Below are positions 47,734 through 58,029 of a DNA stretch of 64,000 bases, in pieces (position 1 is the stretch's first letter; every line of letters begins with the position of its first letter). The DNA lies in contig JAJTHM010000012.1 of assembly GCA_021297855.1 (NCBI GenBank), positions 57,591-121,590 on the forward strand. Direction: 5' to 3'. The notes under the pieces are model-generated. The model was not told where the DNA came from, made no database searches, and saw only the letters and a list, made by a program, of their open reading frames with translations. Origin of the DNA: Sphingobacteriales bacterium (lineage in GTDB: Bacteria > Bacteroidota > Bacteroidia > Chitinophagales > JADJOU01). Position numbers and translations under genes: made by a program.

Positions 47734-49557
47734 ATGTGCGGAATTTTCGGTCAAGTAGCAGCTCAAACCATTCATAAGTCTAACTTTGATAGCCTAGTCA
47801 AACACTCTGAGCAGCGCGGTCAAGACTCTAGTGGATTGATTTATCTCAAGGATGGGAAATATTATATAGAACGAGCAGACTATAATGTAGAAAAATTACT
47901 CAACAAAGTAAAACCTTATCAATCCAAAGTAGCTCTAGGTCATAGCAGATTGATAACAAATGGGTTGGCTGACAATCAGCCCGTAATCAAGGATAATATT
48001 TGTGTCATTCACAATGGCATCATTATTAATGAAAAAGAAGCTTGGTCTAAGATTAAGTCTGAGAGAAAACTCATCATTGATTCTGAACTCATCGTTGCTA
48101 TAGCCTTAGAGCATTTGAATGATGGGGGAGAGATTAAGACGATTCCCGAAAAACTAAATAGTATCTGCAAGGGGGTGATGGCTTGTGCACTGGTTTTGCC
48201 AGCAAAGGGCAAGGTTTTACTCTTTTCCAATAATGGTAGCTTATATTTGGGTAGGATAGGAGAAGACATATACTTCGCATCTGAGTCTTATGCCCTGCAC
48301 CAGATTGGCTGCAGTGAGGTAAATCAAATCAAAGATGAACCTGTTTTAATAGATATCCCTGTCTCCGACCAGCCATTTAATTTGGTCGATAATAAGACCA
48401 GAGTAGAGAACCTAATACCTGAATTCAAGTTCAATCAGGCTGAAGAAAAGTTATTGGTCTATCCAAAATTAAACTTAAAACGCTGCACCAAATGCATTCT
48501 TCCAGAGACTATGCCTTACATTAAGTTTGATGATAAAGGTGTTTGTAATTATTGCAACAATTATAGACCAAGAAACAATCCAAAGCCAAAAGAAGAACTT
48601 TTCAAATTAGTAGAGCCTTACAGGAGAAAAGAGGGTATAGACTGCATTGTCCCTTTTTCTGGGGGTAGAGACAGCTGCTATGGGTTGCATTTGGTCGTGA
48701 AGGAGCTGGGCATGAAGCCTATAACCTATACCTACGATTGGGGAATGGTCACAGATTTAGGAAGGAGAAATATTAGTCACTTTTGCGCCGAATTAGGCAT
48801 AGAGAATATAATTGTCGCGGCAGATATTTCTCAAAAACGAAAAAATATTGCTATGAATCTCAAAGCGTGGATGAAATCACCACATTTAGGAATGGTCAGT
48901 ATTTTTACAGCAGGTGATAAGCATTTTTTCAGATATGTAGAAACGATTAAAAAGCAAACGGGTGTAAACCTAAACCTTTGGGGAGTCAATCCTCTTGAGG
49001 TTACGCATTTTAAATCTGGATTTTTAGGAGTGAAACCCGATTTCGAAGAGGAAAAGGTATACAGCCACGGCGTCATGAAGCAATTGAGATATCATTATCT
49101 TAGATTCAAGGCTATGACAGAGAGTTTGGGTTATTTCAATTCATCGCTTTGGGATACGCTCTCTGGCGAATACTACCGAAGCTTTACAGAAAAGAAGGAC
49201 TACTATCATATTTTTGATTACTGGCGATGGGATGAGAAAATAGTAGATGATACCTTAGCTACCTATAATTGGGAAAAGGCTATTGATACTAATACTACAT
49301 GGAGAATTGGCGATGGTACGGCTGCGTTTTATAATTATATTTATAATACAGTAGCCGGATTTACTGAGCATGATACTTTCCGAAGTAATCAAATTCGCGA
49401 GGGACAAATGACAAGAGAAGAAGCATTGAGACTGGTAGAAGATGAAAATCGACCGCGCTATCAGAATATTCGATGGTATTTGGATACGCTTGATATGAAT
49501 TTTGATGAAGTCATTAAGGTGATCAATAAGATACCTAAATTATATAAGGAGAGCTAA
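47734..49557 (+). CDS. fusion protein: class-II (Ntn) glutamine amidotransferase domain + WbpG-like N-acetyl sugar amidotransferase domain
   Basis: The N-terminus MCGIFG (Cys2 nucleophile) with HSRLITNG and HNGII is typical of GATase-2. From about residue 250: Zn-ribbon CTKCILPETMPYIKFDDKGVCNYCNNY and PP-loop VPFSGGRDSCY, parallel to the stand-alone WbpG at 42225. Confidence 0.75.
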   Translation: MCGIFGQVAAQTIHKSNFDSLVKHSEQRGQDSSGLIYLKDGKYYIERADYNVEKLLNKVKPYQSKVALGHSRLITNGLADNQPVIKDNICVIHNGIIINEKEAWSKIKSERKLIIDSELIVAIALEHLNDGGEIKTIPEKLNSICKGVMACALVLPAKGKVLLFSNNGSLYLGRIGEDIYFASESYALHQIGCSEVNQIKDEPVLIDIPVSDQPFNLVDNKTRVENLIPEFKFNQAEEKLLVYPKLNLKRCTKCILPETMPYIKFDDKGVCNYCNNYRPRNNPKPKEELFKLVEPYRRKEGIDCIVPFSGGRDSCYGLHLVVKELGMKPITYTYDWGMVTDLGRRNISHFCAELGIENIIVAADISQKRKNIAMNLKAWMKSPHLGMVSIFTAGDKHFFRYVETIKKQTGVNLNLWGVNPLEVTHFKSGFLGVKPDFEEEKVYSHGVMKQLRYHYLRFKAMTESLGYFNSSLWDTLSGEYYRSFTEKKDYYHIFDYWRWDEKIVDDTLATYNWEKAIDTNTTWRIGDGTAAFYNYIYNTVAGFTEHDTFRSNQIREGQMTREEALRLVEDENRPRYQNIRWYLDTLDMNFDEVIKVINKIPKLYKES

Positions 49558-50781
49558 ATGAATATTTGGTTGATATCAAAGTATGGCACTCCTGCAGGAT
49601 ATGGCACGGGATTGAGATTATTTTATTTAACGAAGGAGTTTGCTAAGTTAGGACATTCCTCTGTACTTATTACATCTGATGCCAATCACTATGGTCCTAA
49701 CTTTCCCAGTACAGATAAGCGATATAATTATGAAACGATAGATGATACTAAGGTCGTTTGGATAAAAACTTTGAAGTATAAAAAGACGGCATCTCCAGGG
49801 AGGATCTTAAGCTGGTTAGATTTCGAATGGAAACTTTTTGCCATGCCGAAAAAAAATCTTGAAAAACCGGATGTAGTTATCGTTTCATCCCTTTCTATTT
49901 TTACGATAGTTTATGGTTATTATTTAAAATGGAAGTATAAGGCTTTTCTGGCATTTGAAATAAGAGATATATGGCCATTGACTATGACAGAAGAGGCCGG
50001 ATTTAAGTGGTATCACCCTATGGTGTTGTTAATCGGTTGGTTTGAAAAATTTGGCTACAAACATGCTGACCTGGTCGTGGGTACCATGCCTAAATTAGGT
50101 GACCATGTCAAGGAAATATTGGGCTATGAGAGACCTTCTCATTGTTGTCCTATAGGATTTAATCCTAATGATTATGTAGAGGATTCTAGTGAAAATCCTT
50201 TTGATAAGGTATTTCCTGTAGGTAAAAAGATCATTGGTTATGCCGGTAGTATGGGCATTACGAATGCTTTGGAATCCTTCATCGAATGCATAGACATACT
50301 GGACAAGGAGAATTCGAATCTACATTTTATGATTGTAGGAAGTGGAGATTTAAAAGCAGGTTTTGAAAAGAAATTATCATCATGTACAAATGTGACTTTC
50401 CTGCCTAGAATTAAGCAGTCAGAGGTCAAACAGTTCCTGGCTAAGTGCGATATATTATTTCTATCTACCAAGGATAGTAAGGTATGGGACTATGGCCAGT
50501 CGATGAATAAAGTAGTAGAATATATGTTGGCAGCTAAACCTATTCTGGCTAGATATTCAGGATATCCTTCCATGATTAATGAAGCGAAATGTGGCATCTT
50601 CGTCAATTCAAATAGTGTGGAAGATATGAAAAATGCTATTTTGAAACTAACCAATTTAAGTGATCAGGAGCTCAAAGATTTGGGATTGAAAGGTAGAAAG
50701 TGGATTTATGAGAATAGGACTTATAGTAAATTAGCTGCCGATTATTTAGCGAAGATAATTCAATTGAAGTCCTCTCAATAA
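49558..50781 (+). CDS. glycosyltransferase family 4 (WbuB-like)
   Basis: MNIWLISKYGTPAGYGTGLRLFYLTKEFAKLGH... is a typical WbuB-type N-terminus. C-terminal GT-B motifs. Confidence 0.8.
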   Translation: MNIWLISKYGTPAGYGTGLRLFYLTKEFAKLGHSSVLITSDANHYGPNFPSTDKRYNYETIDDTKVVWIKTLKYKKTASPGRILSWLDFEWKLFAMPKKNLEKPDVVIVSSLSIFTIVYGYYLKWKYKAFLAFEIRDIWPLTMTEEAGFKWYHPMVLLIGWFEKFGYKHADLVVGTMPKLGDHVKEILGYERPSHCCPIGFNPNDYVEDSSENPFDKVFPVGKKIIGYAGSMGITNALESFIECIDILDKENSNLHFMIVGSGDLKAGFEKKLSSCTNVTFLPRIKQSEVKQFLAKCDILFLSTKDSKVWDYGQSMNKVVEYMLAAKPILARYSGYPSMINEAKCGIFVNSNSVEDMKNAILKLTNLSDQELKDLGLKGRKWIYENRTYSKLAADYLAKIIQLKSSQ

Positions 50782-50805
50782 ATAGGGAATAGTAAAGATA
50801 AAAGT

Positions 50806-51705
50806 ATGCAAAAAGCATTAGTAACAGGTGCTAAAGGGTTTTTAGGAAGAGAAATTACCGATCACCTGAAGTCTGCTGGCTTTGAGGTAAAGACCCTGGG
50901 AAGGAGTAAATGTGATTATAACTTCAGTTTAGAAAAAGGAGAACCTTCGTTTAATCAAAAATTTGACCTCGTAGTTCATGTGGCAGGAAAGGCTCATATC
51001 GTTCCTAAAACAAAAGAAGAAGCAGATGATTTTTTTGCTGTGAATGTTACTGGTACAGAAAATTTACTGAAAGCATTAGATTCATCAGATATTAAGGAAT
51101 TTGTATTTATTAGTTCTGTTAGCGCTTATGGCTTGAAACAGGGATTGTCAATAAATGAAGACAATCCTTTATTAGCAAGCGACCCATATGGTCGAAGTAA
51201 AATTTTAGCAGAATCAGTGATACAAGATTGGTGTTCAAAAAGAAATGTAACCTATACAGCACTGCGTTTACCGCTTTTAGTCGGGAAAAATCCTCCGGGT
51301 AATTTAGGCGCGATGATACAATCAGTAAAGAAGAATAAGTTTTTCACAATCGGTGGTGGTGTTGCCTCTAAAAGTATGGTTCTAACACGAGATGTTGCCA
51401 GACTTATTCCTATGATTTCTAAAATAGGTGGAGTTTATAATGTGACAGATGGCTATAATCCTACATTCAGAGAATTGAGTGATGCCTTTGAAAAATGTTA
51501 TGACAAGAAGGTGTATAATCTTCCACTTTTCCCATTTCAAATTTTAGCTAAACTAGGAGATAGCTTCAAATTTATTCCATTTAACACCCTTATGCTTAAT
51601 AAAATCATCTTGAATTTTACCTTTGATGATTCCAAGCTAAGGAAAGCATTAGTAGATTGGAAACCAACTCCGGTAATAGATTATTTAAAGTCAAATGTGC
51701 TGTAA
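50806..51705 (+). CDS. NAD-dependent epimerase/dehydratase family protein
   Basis: ALVTGAKGFLGREI Rossmann motif, and SSVSAYG...PYGRSK (YxxxK). Confidence 0.82.
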   Translation: MQKALVTGAKGFLGREITDHLKSAGFEVKTLGRSKCDYNFSLEKGEPSFNQKFDLVVHVAGKAHIVPKTKEEADDFFAVNVTGTENLLKALDSSDIKEFVFISSVSAYGLKQGLSINEDNPLLASDPYGRSKILAESVIQDWCSKRNVTYTALRLPLLVGKNPPGNLGAMIQSVKKNKFFTIGGGVASKSMVLTRDVARLIPMISKIGGVYNVTDGYNPTFRELSDAFEKCYDKKVYNLPLFPFQILAKLGDSFKFIPFNTLMLNKIILNFTFDDSKLRKALVDWKPTPVIDYLKSNVL

Positions 51706-51734
51706 ATTTTTTTTGAACTTGCTTATTAAAACTA

Positions 51735-52301
51735 GTGTGCATGAAGAGATTATTTGATATTACCTTATTATTTTTTGCTACTATATTTTTTTTCTTACCT
51801 TTTCTAATTACAGGTTTATTGGTCAAACTCACTTCTAAAGGCCCAATACTTTATTGGTCTAACCGGGTAGGTAAAGATAATGAAATCTTTAAAATGCCAA
51901 AGTTTCGCAGTATGAAAATAGATACACCTGCAGTGGCTACGCATTTACTTCAAAACCCTGATATTTATTTAACGCCCATAGGAAATTTCATAAGGAAAAC
52001 AAGTCTTGACGAACTGCCCCAGTTGTGGTGTTTATGGAAAAATCAAATGTCCGTAGTCGGCCCTAGGCCTGCTTTGTATAATCAATATGACCTAATAGAA
52101 TTGAGAACCCAAAAAAATGTGCATAAATTATTACCAGGTATCACTGGCTGGGCTCAGGTAAATGGACGGGATGAGTTGAGTATTGAAGAAAAGGTTAAAT
52201 TTGATGTAGAGTATCTTGATAAAAAGAGTCTATGGTTTGATATTAAAATTATCATCATTACTATTCTCAAAGTTATAAAGCTCGATGGAATCAAACACTA
52301 G
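51735..52301 (+). CDS. small monotopic phosphoglycosyl transferase (bacterial sugar transferase, PglC/WcfS-like initiating enzyme)
   Basis: KRLFDI re-entrant helix start, PKFRSM, and SLDELPQLWCLWKNQMSVVGPRP. 188 aa. Confidence 0.88.
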   Translation: MCMKRLFDITLLFFATIFFFLPFLITGLLVKLTSKGPILYWSNRVGKDNEIFKMPKFRSMKIDTPAVATHLLQNPDIYLTPIGNFIRKTSLDELPQLWCLWKNQMSVVGPRPALYNQYDLIELRTQKNVHKLLPGITGWAQVNGRDELSIEEKVKFDVEYLDKKSLWFDIKIIIITILKVIKLDGIKH

Positions 52302-53932
52302 TTTCGGGGGATACGAGACACCTTTCTCTCCATAAAATCAAACCCATTTTTTCGTTCCAGTATTTGAATATAGGGACGAGGATATCGAGTCAATAAACTG
52401 TCTTTGGTAACGCTAATAAAAAAAACATCCTTATCAATGTCTCCATCATACATCCATCCATGGTTTCTGCTGGTGTCATTGTTAAATGGCATTCTCTCTG
52501 AATAGAACAGATTAGCGTAGCTTTTTAAAAACAAAGGTTGTATATAGACGTCTTTTCCTTTTTTGGTTTTACAAAAATCAATGTAGGTGCCTTGGGTATA
52601 TCGTTCAATTTTAGGCGCAAATACAATGAGGAGAACTAAAACGATAGTTGCTGTTGAAAAAAAATAGGGATAAAAATTATCTACAAATTTCCTTCTTAAA
52701 TAAATGAATAAGGCTAAAATAAAAATACCATATCCAACCTCACCATAATGCCAATCAACATGAGCTCCTAACTGCAGCTGTGCTTGTTTGTCATCTATGA
52801 AAGGCAGTATCATTTGCAAATTATTTCCTAAAATAGGCATAGCAATTGTCCCAAATATGAGAAGGAGTATAATAAAAGTCAATACCCTATTCAGCCAATT
52901 TCTATATTTGATGGTATTTTGATAGAGAATAATAGCAGCGATATAACTTATAGGGTAATAGGCCATGGAGCTATAGTGAATGATTTTTGTTTGTACTATT
53001 GAAAATAAGATTAAAACTAGCAAGCCACAAATACACATGATTTTAAACCAATCTGATCTCAATTTTTCTTTCCAATCTCTATGAAAAAGCAAGATAATAC
53101 TGGCTGGGAAACAGCCTAGAAGTAAAACAAGGACATGGTAATATATAGGTCCACCATGAAGTGCATCTTCGGTAGTAAATAATCTGATTTGGTAGGCAAT
53201 AAATTCTGACATATAACCACTACCATGCACATAGTATTCGTAAACAAACCATATACTGCTAAAGATCAAGGTTGTTAAGACCCAAAACCCTATTTTAAAT
53301 ATACCGGGAAAGGATTTAAACTTGGTAATCAACCAATATATGCCGATGGAACCCCAGACTATAATTAGAGCCACGGGTCCTTTGGTTTGGACAGCAAGAC
53401 CTAGAAAAATGGAACTGAAAATCAGAAATAGAAGTTGGTATTTTAAATCTTGATTTTCTTTTGGTTTTGTGCTTATATAATAAAAGTAAAGACCCAAAAA
53501 CATGAAAAAGTTGAACCATGGATCTATTAATCCCGTTCTGAAGTACATAAATGGCAAAAACGATCCCATAAAGGTCAAAATCCAAGTGAGCCCAAATTTG
53601 GAGTCTTTTTCTCTTTTTCCTATGAGGTAGAGGCTTATCATTACCAAAATTCCTAGTAGCGCATTTGGACATCTGGCTGCAAATTCATTGATGCCAAATA
53701 GCTGCATACAGAGGACCTGCATCCATATAAAAATGGGAGGTTTTTCATAGAATGGCAAATAATTGATTTGAGGTTGAAGATAATTTTTTGTCAAAACCAT
53801 TTCCCGCGACAATTCAGCAAAATTGGCCTCATCCCAGTCAAAAAGATGCACACTGCCCAAGAAAGGAAAGAATACTAGAAACCCTAGTAGTATAAAAAAG
53901 AGGAGACGGTTCTTTTCTATGACGTTATTCAT
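52298..53932 (-). CDS. GT39/ArnT-like glycosyltransferase (PMT_2 family, polyprenyl-phosphate-sugar dependent)
   Basis: More than 10 TM helices. First-loop motif FDWDEANFAELSREM...YEKPPIFIWMQ. The start is taken at MNNVIEKN; the track ORF extends to 53947. Confidence 0.8.
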   Translation of the reverse strand: MNNVIEKNRLLFFILLGFLVFFPFLGSVHLFDWDEANFAELSREMVLTKNYLQPQINYLPFYEKPPIFIWMQVLCMQLFGINEFAARCPNALLGILVMISLYLIGKREKDSKFGLTWILTFMGSFLPFMYFRTGLIDPWFNFFMFLGLYFYYISTKPKENQDLKYQLLFLIFSSIFLGLAVQTKGPVALIIVWGSIGIYWLITKFKSFPGIFKIGFWVLTTLIFSSIWFVYEYYVHGSGYMSEFIAYQIRLFTTEDALHGGPIYYHVLVLLLGCFPASIILLFHRDWKEKLRSDWFKIMCICGLLVLILFSIVQTKIIHYSSMAYYPISYIAAIILYQNTIKYRNWLNRVLTFIILLLIFGTIAMPILGNNLQMILPFIDDKQAQLQLGAHVDWHYGEVGYGIFILALFIYLRRKFVDNFYPYFFSTATIVLVLLIVFAPKIERYTQGTYIDFCKTKKGKDVYIQPLFLKSYANLFYSERMPFNNDTSRNHGWMYDGDIDKDVFFISVTKDSLLTRYPRPYIQILERKNGFDFMERKVSRIPRN

Positions 53933-54746
53933 TGTCACTAAAAACAATAATTGCCCCTACCCAAGTTAGGCAGACAAAAAACCAAACACCCAATCCTATC
54001 ACAAAAATTATGAGTGGGAAGGATATTTTTTTAGAAACGACGATTGGCGAGATTTGGTAAATAAGATTTTCTGTTTGATAATATTTCAACTCAGTCCTGA
54101 GTCCAGATTTCTTGGAGAGCAGTTCTTCAAGACTTCTATACAAATCATTCATAATAAGCATGCTCGACCCTGCTTCCATTCGATTTTTAAAAGAGTTTCC
54201 TGTTGGCAAGGCAGTTTTTAATAAGGAGTCTAACTCCACGATAGCCTCTTCAGCTCGTTTTTTACCAATAGCTATATCTTGATCTATGGCTATTTTAGTT
54301 TTTATATCATTTAATAGAATATTGAAATCTTCGCTGGATTTTTGTACTGGCTTTTGAAAATGTGCCATAGTAAATTTATAATACTTGGTCTTATCCTCTT
54401 TGTCAGGTGAGGTGAAGTCAGGCTTGATTTCATTAGCCTCCAGTTTCGCTATTTGAGAATTAATTAGACTGTTTTTTACCGTCTCGTCAATAAGCTCATA
54501 GTCATTAGCTATAGAGTTATTGTAATACTCTAATATACTCATGAGGGCCTCCTTTCTTACAAATTTACTCTTTAAAATGACCTCAGATTTATATCTCGGT
54601 TTGAGCACTACTTTAGCGAAATAGGCTGCAGATAATGCCATGATACCTATTAGAAGCCAAGTAAAAATTTTACGTTTACTTTTACTAATCTTTACTATCT
54701 TTTTTCCTAAATCTTTTAATGAGATTTCTTCTGAGTTTGAGGCCAT
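53925..54746 (-). CDS. Wzz-like chain-length-determinant topology protein (PCP family candidate)
   Basis: 273 aa. N-terminal TM (FTWLLIGIMALSAAYF) followed by YKSEVIL, a long predicted coiled region, and a C-terminal TM (PLIIFVIGLGVWFFVCL). The call rests on topology and context only. Confidence 0.5.
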   Translation of the reverse strand: MASNSEEISLKDLGKKIVKISKSKRKIFTWLLIGIMALSAAYFAKVVLKPRYKSEVILKSKFVRKEALMSILEYYNNSIANDYELIDETVKNSLINSQIAKLEANEIKPDFTSPDKEDKTKYYKFTMAHFQKPVQKSSEDFNILLNDIKTKIAIDQDIAIGKKRAEEAIVELDSLLKTALPTGNSFKNRMEAGSSMLIMNDLYRSLEELLSKKSGLRTELKYYQTENLIYQISPIVVSKKISFPLIIFVIGLGVWFFVCLTWVGAIIVFSDNE

Positions 54747-54786
54747 TGATTATTTTTTTTGTAAAAATATATATTTATATTTTAAC

Positions 54787-55545
54787 CTAGACATAAAGAT
54801 AAACGATCTCTTGACTAGATTTGATGATGAGTTTTTCTTGGTTATCTTGATCCCTTAAGTGCCAGTAACCCTGATTGTCAACTCCCAGATTAATGACCTG
54901 TCTTTGCTCATTAGAATGAACTACAGAGATGGGTTCATTGATTTTGTACAAGTTATCATTGAAGATGGACTGATAGTCTTCCTGAAATTCCTTACCCAAA
55001 TAATGTTCTAGTTTTTTTATGATAGCATACAAGACCTGAGACCGCTCCCATATTTTCTCAGGGAATAGTTTTGCCAAAGAACTTGCATTCGGCAGATGAT
55101 CTGAAAAATCAACCTGATTCACATTGACTCCTATACCCCCTATTACTTTCTCTATTTTTGAATTTGAAATAGTTGTTTCGACTAAAATGCCTGCCACTTT
55201 TTTATCTTTGAGTATGATATCATTGGGCCATTTGATATATGATACATCCGGATAGATGAATCCATTAATTATTTCTACCAATCCAAGAGCCATGGATTGA
55301 GATATTCTATATCCCATTTCAATACTAAGATTTTTGGGGAAATATTGAAAACTAAAGCACAAATTTTTCGCACATTGGGAGTCCCAAACCTTGCCATATT
55401 GTCCTCTACCATAGGTTTGGTTATCGGTTATGATCAATCGTGGCTTGTCGAAATGAGTGTTTTTTAGGTAGTCACTTGTAGATTCCATTTCATCGAAAAA
55501 TAGGATTGGAGTGCCAAAAAACGTTAATTCAGAAATAGATGTCAA
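54787..55545 (-). CDS. birA: biotin--[acetyl-CoA-carboxylase] ligase
   Basis: GRGQYGKVWDS (GRGRxGRxW variant), KWPNDI, GIGVNVN. TTG start. No N-terminal HTH, so group I. Confidence 0.85.
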   Translation of the reverse strand: MTSISELTFFGTPILFFDEMESTSDYLKNTHFDKPRLIITDNQTYGRGQYGKVWDSQCAKNLCFSFQYFPKNLSIEMGYRISQSMALGLVEIINGFIYPDVSYIKWPNDIILKDKKVAGILVETTISNSKIEKVIGGIGVNVNQVDFSDHLPNASSLAKLFPEKIWERSQVLYAIIKKLEHYLGKEFQEDYQSIFNDNLYKINEPISVVHSNEQRQVINLGVDNQGYWHLRDQDNQEKLIIKSSQEIVYLYV

Positions 55546-55606
55546 AGCGAAACTATTTTTACTTTAAATTTGTATGTAATTAGAGTTTTAATTAAAATAC
55601 CAAGAA

Positions 55607-55987
55607 TTGCCTACAAAAGTAAAGAAAATAGAAAATCCGCTCGTAAATCAAATACTTAGTTCACTAGACGACCGAAAAGCCCAAGATATTATATGTATAG
55701 ACCTCAGAGGAAATGAAGATGCTTTTGTAGATTATATGATTGTATGCCATGGGGATAGTACAACTCAAGTGAATGCTATCGCTGGGAATGTAGAAAAAGA
55801 TGTCACCGAGATTTTAAAAACAAAACCCCATCATACAGAAGGAGAGCGCAATGCTTTGTGGGTGATTATAGATTATGTCGATGTGATAGTTCATATATTT
55901 TACAAAGAGATGAGAGAATTTTATCAACTGGAAGAGCTCTGGTCAGACTCTTACGTGCCTTTAGAAGAAAAAATAAACAATAAGTAA
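55607..55987 (+). CDS. rsfS: ribosome silencing factor RsfS
   Basis: KAQDIICIDLRG...DYMIVCHGDSTTQVNAI...EGERNALWVIIDYVDVIVHIF. TTG start. Confidence 0.88.
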   Translation: MPTKVKKIENPLVNQILSSLDDRKAQDIICIDLRGNEDAFVDYMIVCHGDSTTQVNAIAGNVEKDVTEILKTKPHHTEGERNALWVIIDYVDVIVHIFYKEMREFYQLEELWSDSYVPLEEKINNK

Positions 55988-56001
55988 ATTTATACGCAAT
56001 A

Positions 56002-58029
56002 GTGGAAGAAAATAAAAGTACAACTCCAGATAAATCTGGACCTAAATCGCAAGCAAAGTTAAATCCTGACAATAAGCCAAGCTATGTTTGGATTTATATT
56101 GTGATGGCTGTTTTGACAGGAGTTTTAGTATTACAAGGTGTTTTTACTGATTCAGAAAATCGGGAAGTCTATAGTACAGAGTTTGATAAAATGTATATTG
56201 ATGGAGATATTAGCCAAATAAAAACCATCAATGGAAAAAAAGCTATAATCCTTATTTATCCAGATTCCTTCAATAAAAAGGAAAAATACGACACCTTTAG
56301 AAAAAAGAAGAATGCCTTGGAAGACGCAAACACTAGCTTTTTCATGTATATTTCTTCGCATAGCTCGCTCGAGCAGCGTATCAAAGAGCTTCGCAAACAA
56401 TATAAATTAAAAGAGGTTGTGCTGATTCCGATGATGGAAACGGGAACCTGGTACGGAAGTTTTTTTAATTTATTCGGACCAATTTTACTGCTTATCGCTT
56501 TTTATTTCTTCATGATGCGAAAAATGGGCGGCGGCGGTGGCGGCTTTCCCGGTGGAGGTATCTTTTCTATCGGCAAGTCGAAAGCCACTATGGTAGATAA
56601 AGATGCAGAAAGCGATATCAATTTTTCATCTGTAGCAGGTTTGGATGAAGAAAAACAAGAGGTCATGGAAATCGTAGATTTCTTGAAAAATCCAGATAAA
56701 TACACCGCGCTAGGTGGAAAAATTCCAAAAGGAGCTCTCTTAATTGGTCCTCCAGGTACTGGAAAAACGCTCCTTGCTAAAGCTATGGCTGGAGAAGCGA
56801 AAGTTCCATTTTTTAGTCTCTCTGGTTCTGACTTTGTCGAAATGTTTGTAGGCGTTGGAGCCTCTAGAGTGAGAGACTTGTTTAAACAAGCAAGAGAAAA
56901 AGCTCCATGTATCATTTTTATAGATGAAATAGATGCTATCGGTCGGGCAAGAGGCAAAGGAATGGTCGGTGGAAATGATGAAAGAGAAAGCACTCTAAAT
57001 CAGTTACTCGTAGAGATGGATGGATTTAGCGGTGATACAGGTATTATAGTAATCGCTGCTACAAATAGACCAGATGTATTAGATGATGCATTATTAAGAG
57101 CAGGAAGATTTGACAGACAAATACATATCAATAGGCCGGACTTAAACGGTAGGGAGCAGATTTTCAATGTGCATTTAGGAAAAATCAAAAAAGGAGAGGA
57201 TATCAGCGCGCATGAACTAGCCAAACAAACTCCGGGTTTTGTAGGTGCAGATATAGCGAATGTTTGCAATGAGGCTGCACTCGTAGCTGCTCGAAAGAAT
57301 AAGACCGAAGTCAATATGAAAGATGTCTCGGAGGCCATAGATAGGGTAACTACCGGATTGGAAAAGAAAAATACTATCATTACTCCAGAGGAAAAGAAAG
57401 TGATTGCCTATCACGAAGCAGGTCATGCTTTAACAAGCTGGTATTTGGAGTACGCTCATCCATTTGTCAGAGTGACCATCGTTCCTAGAAGTGAATCCTT
57501 GGGTCACGCACTTTATTTGCCTAAAGAAAAGTATCTCACTATAAAAGAAGAGCTACTCGACCAAATCTGTGTGTCTATGGGAGGAAGGGCCGCAGAACTT
57601 CTGGCATATAATAAAATATCTACTGGAGCGCTTGGCGACCTCGATAGTGTGACAAGAATGGCCTATGGCATGGTAGTTTACTATGGAATGAGCGAAAAGG
57701 TAGGAAATTTATCATTCTATAAAATGGCACAGAATTCTTATGATAAACCTTATTCCGATGAAACAGCCAAACTGATTGATGATGAAGTAAGAAATATTTC
57801 TGATGAACAGTTTAAAAGAGCATTAAACCTGCTCACAGATAAGCGCGAACAATTAGATAGTCTCGCTAGTTTGTTATTAGAAAAAGAAGTATTGCTCAAG
57901 GAAGATTTAGAAGCCTTGTTAGGAAAGTGTCCATGGGATAAATTAGAAAATATAAATCAAGAAGAAAAGTCACTGGACACTCCTGTCGATGAGGTTCTAG
58001 AAAAAGAAAAAAAAGAAAATGTGGTTTAG
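56002..58029 (+). CDS. ftsH: ATP-dependent zinc metalloprotease FtsH
   Basis: Two TM helices, Walker [14 protein letters not shown], Walker [33 protein letters not shown], zinc site HEAGHAL. GTG start. Confidence 0.95.
   Translation: MEENKSTTPDKSGPKSQAKLNPDNKPSYVWIYIVMAVLTGVLVLQGVFTDSENREVYSTEFDKMYIDGDISQIKTINGKKAIILIYPDSFNKKEKYDTFRKKKNALEDANTSFFMYISSHSSLEQRIKELRKQYKLKEVVLIPMMETGTWYGSFFNLFGPILLLIAFYFFMMRKMGGGGGGFPGGGIFSIGKSKATMVDKDAESDINFSSVAGLDEEKQEVMEIVDFLKNPDKYTALGGKIPKGALLIGPPGTGKTLLAKAMAGEAKVPFFSLSGSDFVEMFVGVGASRVRDLFKQAREKAPCIIFIDEIDAIGRARGKGMVGGNDERESTLNQLLVEMDGFSGDTGIIVIAATNRPDVLDDALLRAGRFDRQIHINRPDLNGREQIFNVHLGKIKKGEDISAHELAKQTPGFVGADIANVCNEAALVAARKNKTEVNMKDVSEAIDRVTTGLEKKNTIITPEEKKVIAYHEAGHALTSWYLEYAHPFVRVTIVPRSESLGHALYLPKEKYLTIKEELLDQICVSMGGRAAELLAYNKISTGALGDLDSVTRMAYGMVVYYGMSEKVGNLSFYKMAQNSYDKPYSDETAKLIDDEVRNISDEQFKRALNLLTDKREQLDSLASLLLEKEVLLKEDLEALLGKCPWDKLENINQEEKSLDTPVDEVLEKEKKENVV

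Larger units (their letters stand above)
30380..54746. other. surface polysaccharide / glycan biosynthesis locus (~24 kb): two minus-strand genes on the left arm, a plus-strand core, and a minus-strand GT39 + Wzz-like pair at the right end
   Basis: A contiguous run of nucleotide-sugar modification, glycosyltransferase, flippase, polymerase and chain-length genes (individual calls below). It is visibly more AT-rich than the flanks by eye (not computed). Confidence 0.85.

Noticed and set aside
53316-53672. 118-aa minus-strand ORF in another frame within the GT39 gene
   Set aside because: It overlaps the same-strand GT39 CDS out of frame. The GT39 frame carries the family motifs and TM pattern.
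56502-57380. Two minus-strand ORFs (163 and 126 aa) opposite ftsH
   Set aside because: They are antisense shadow ORFs of a highly conserved gene. Their low-complexity Pro/Ser/Ala content mirrors FtsH Gly-rich codons.
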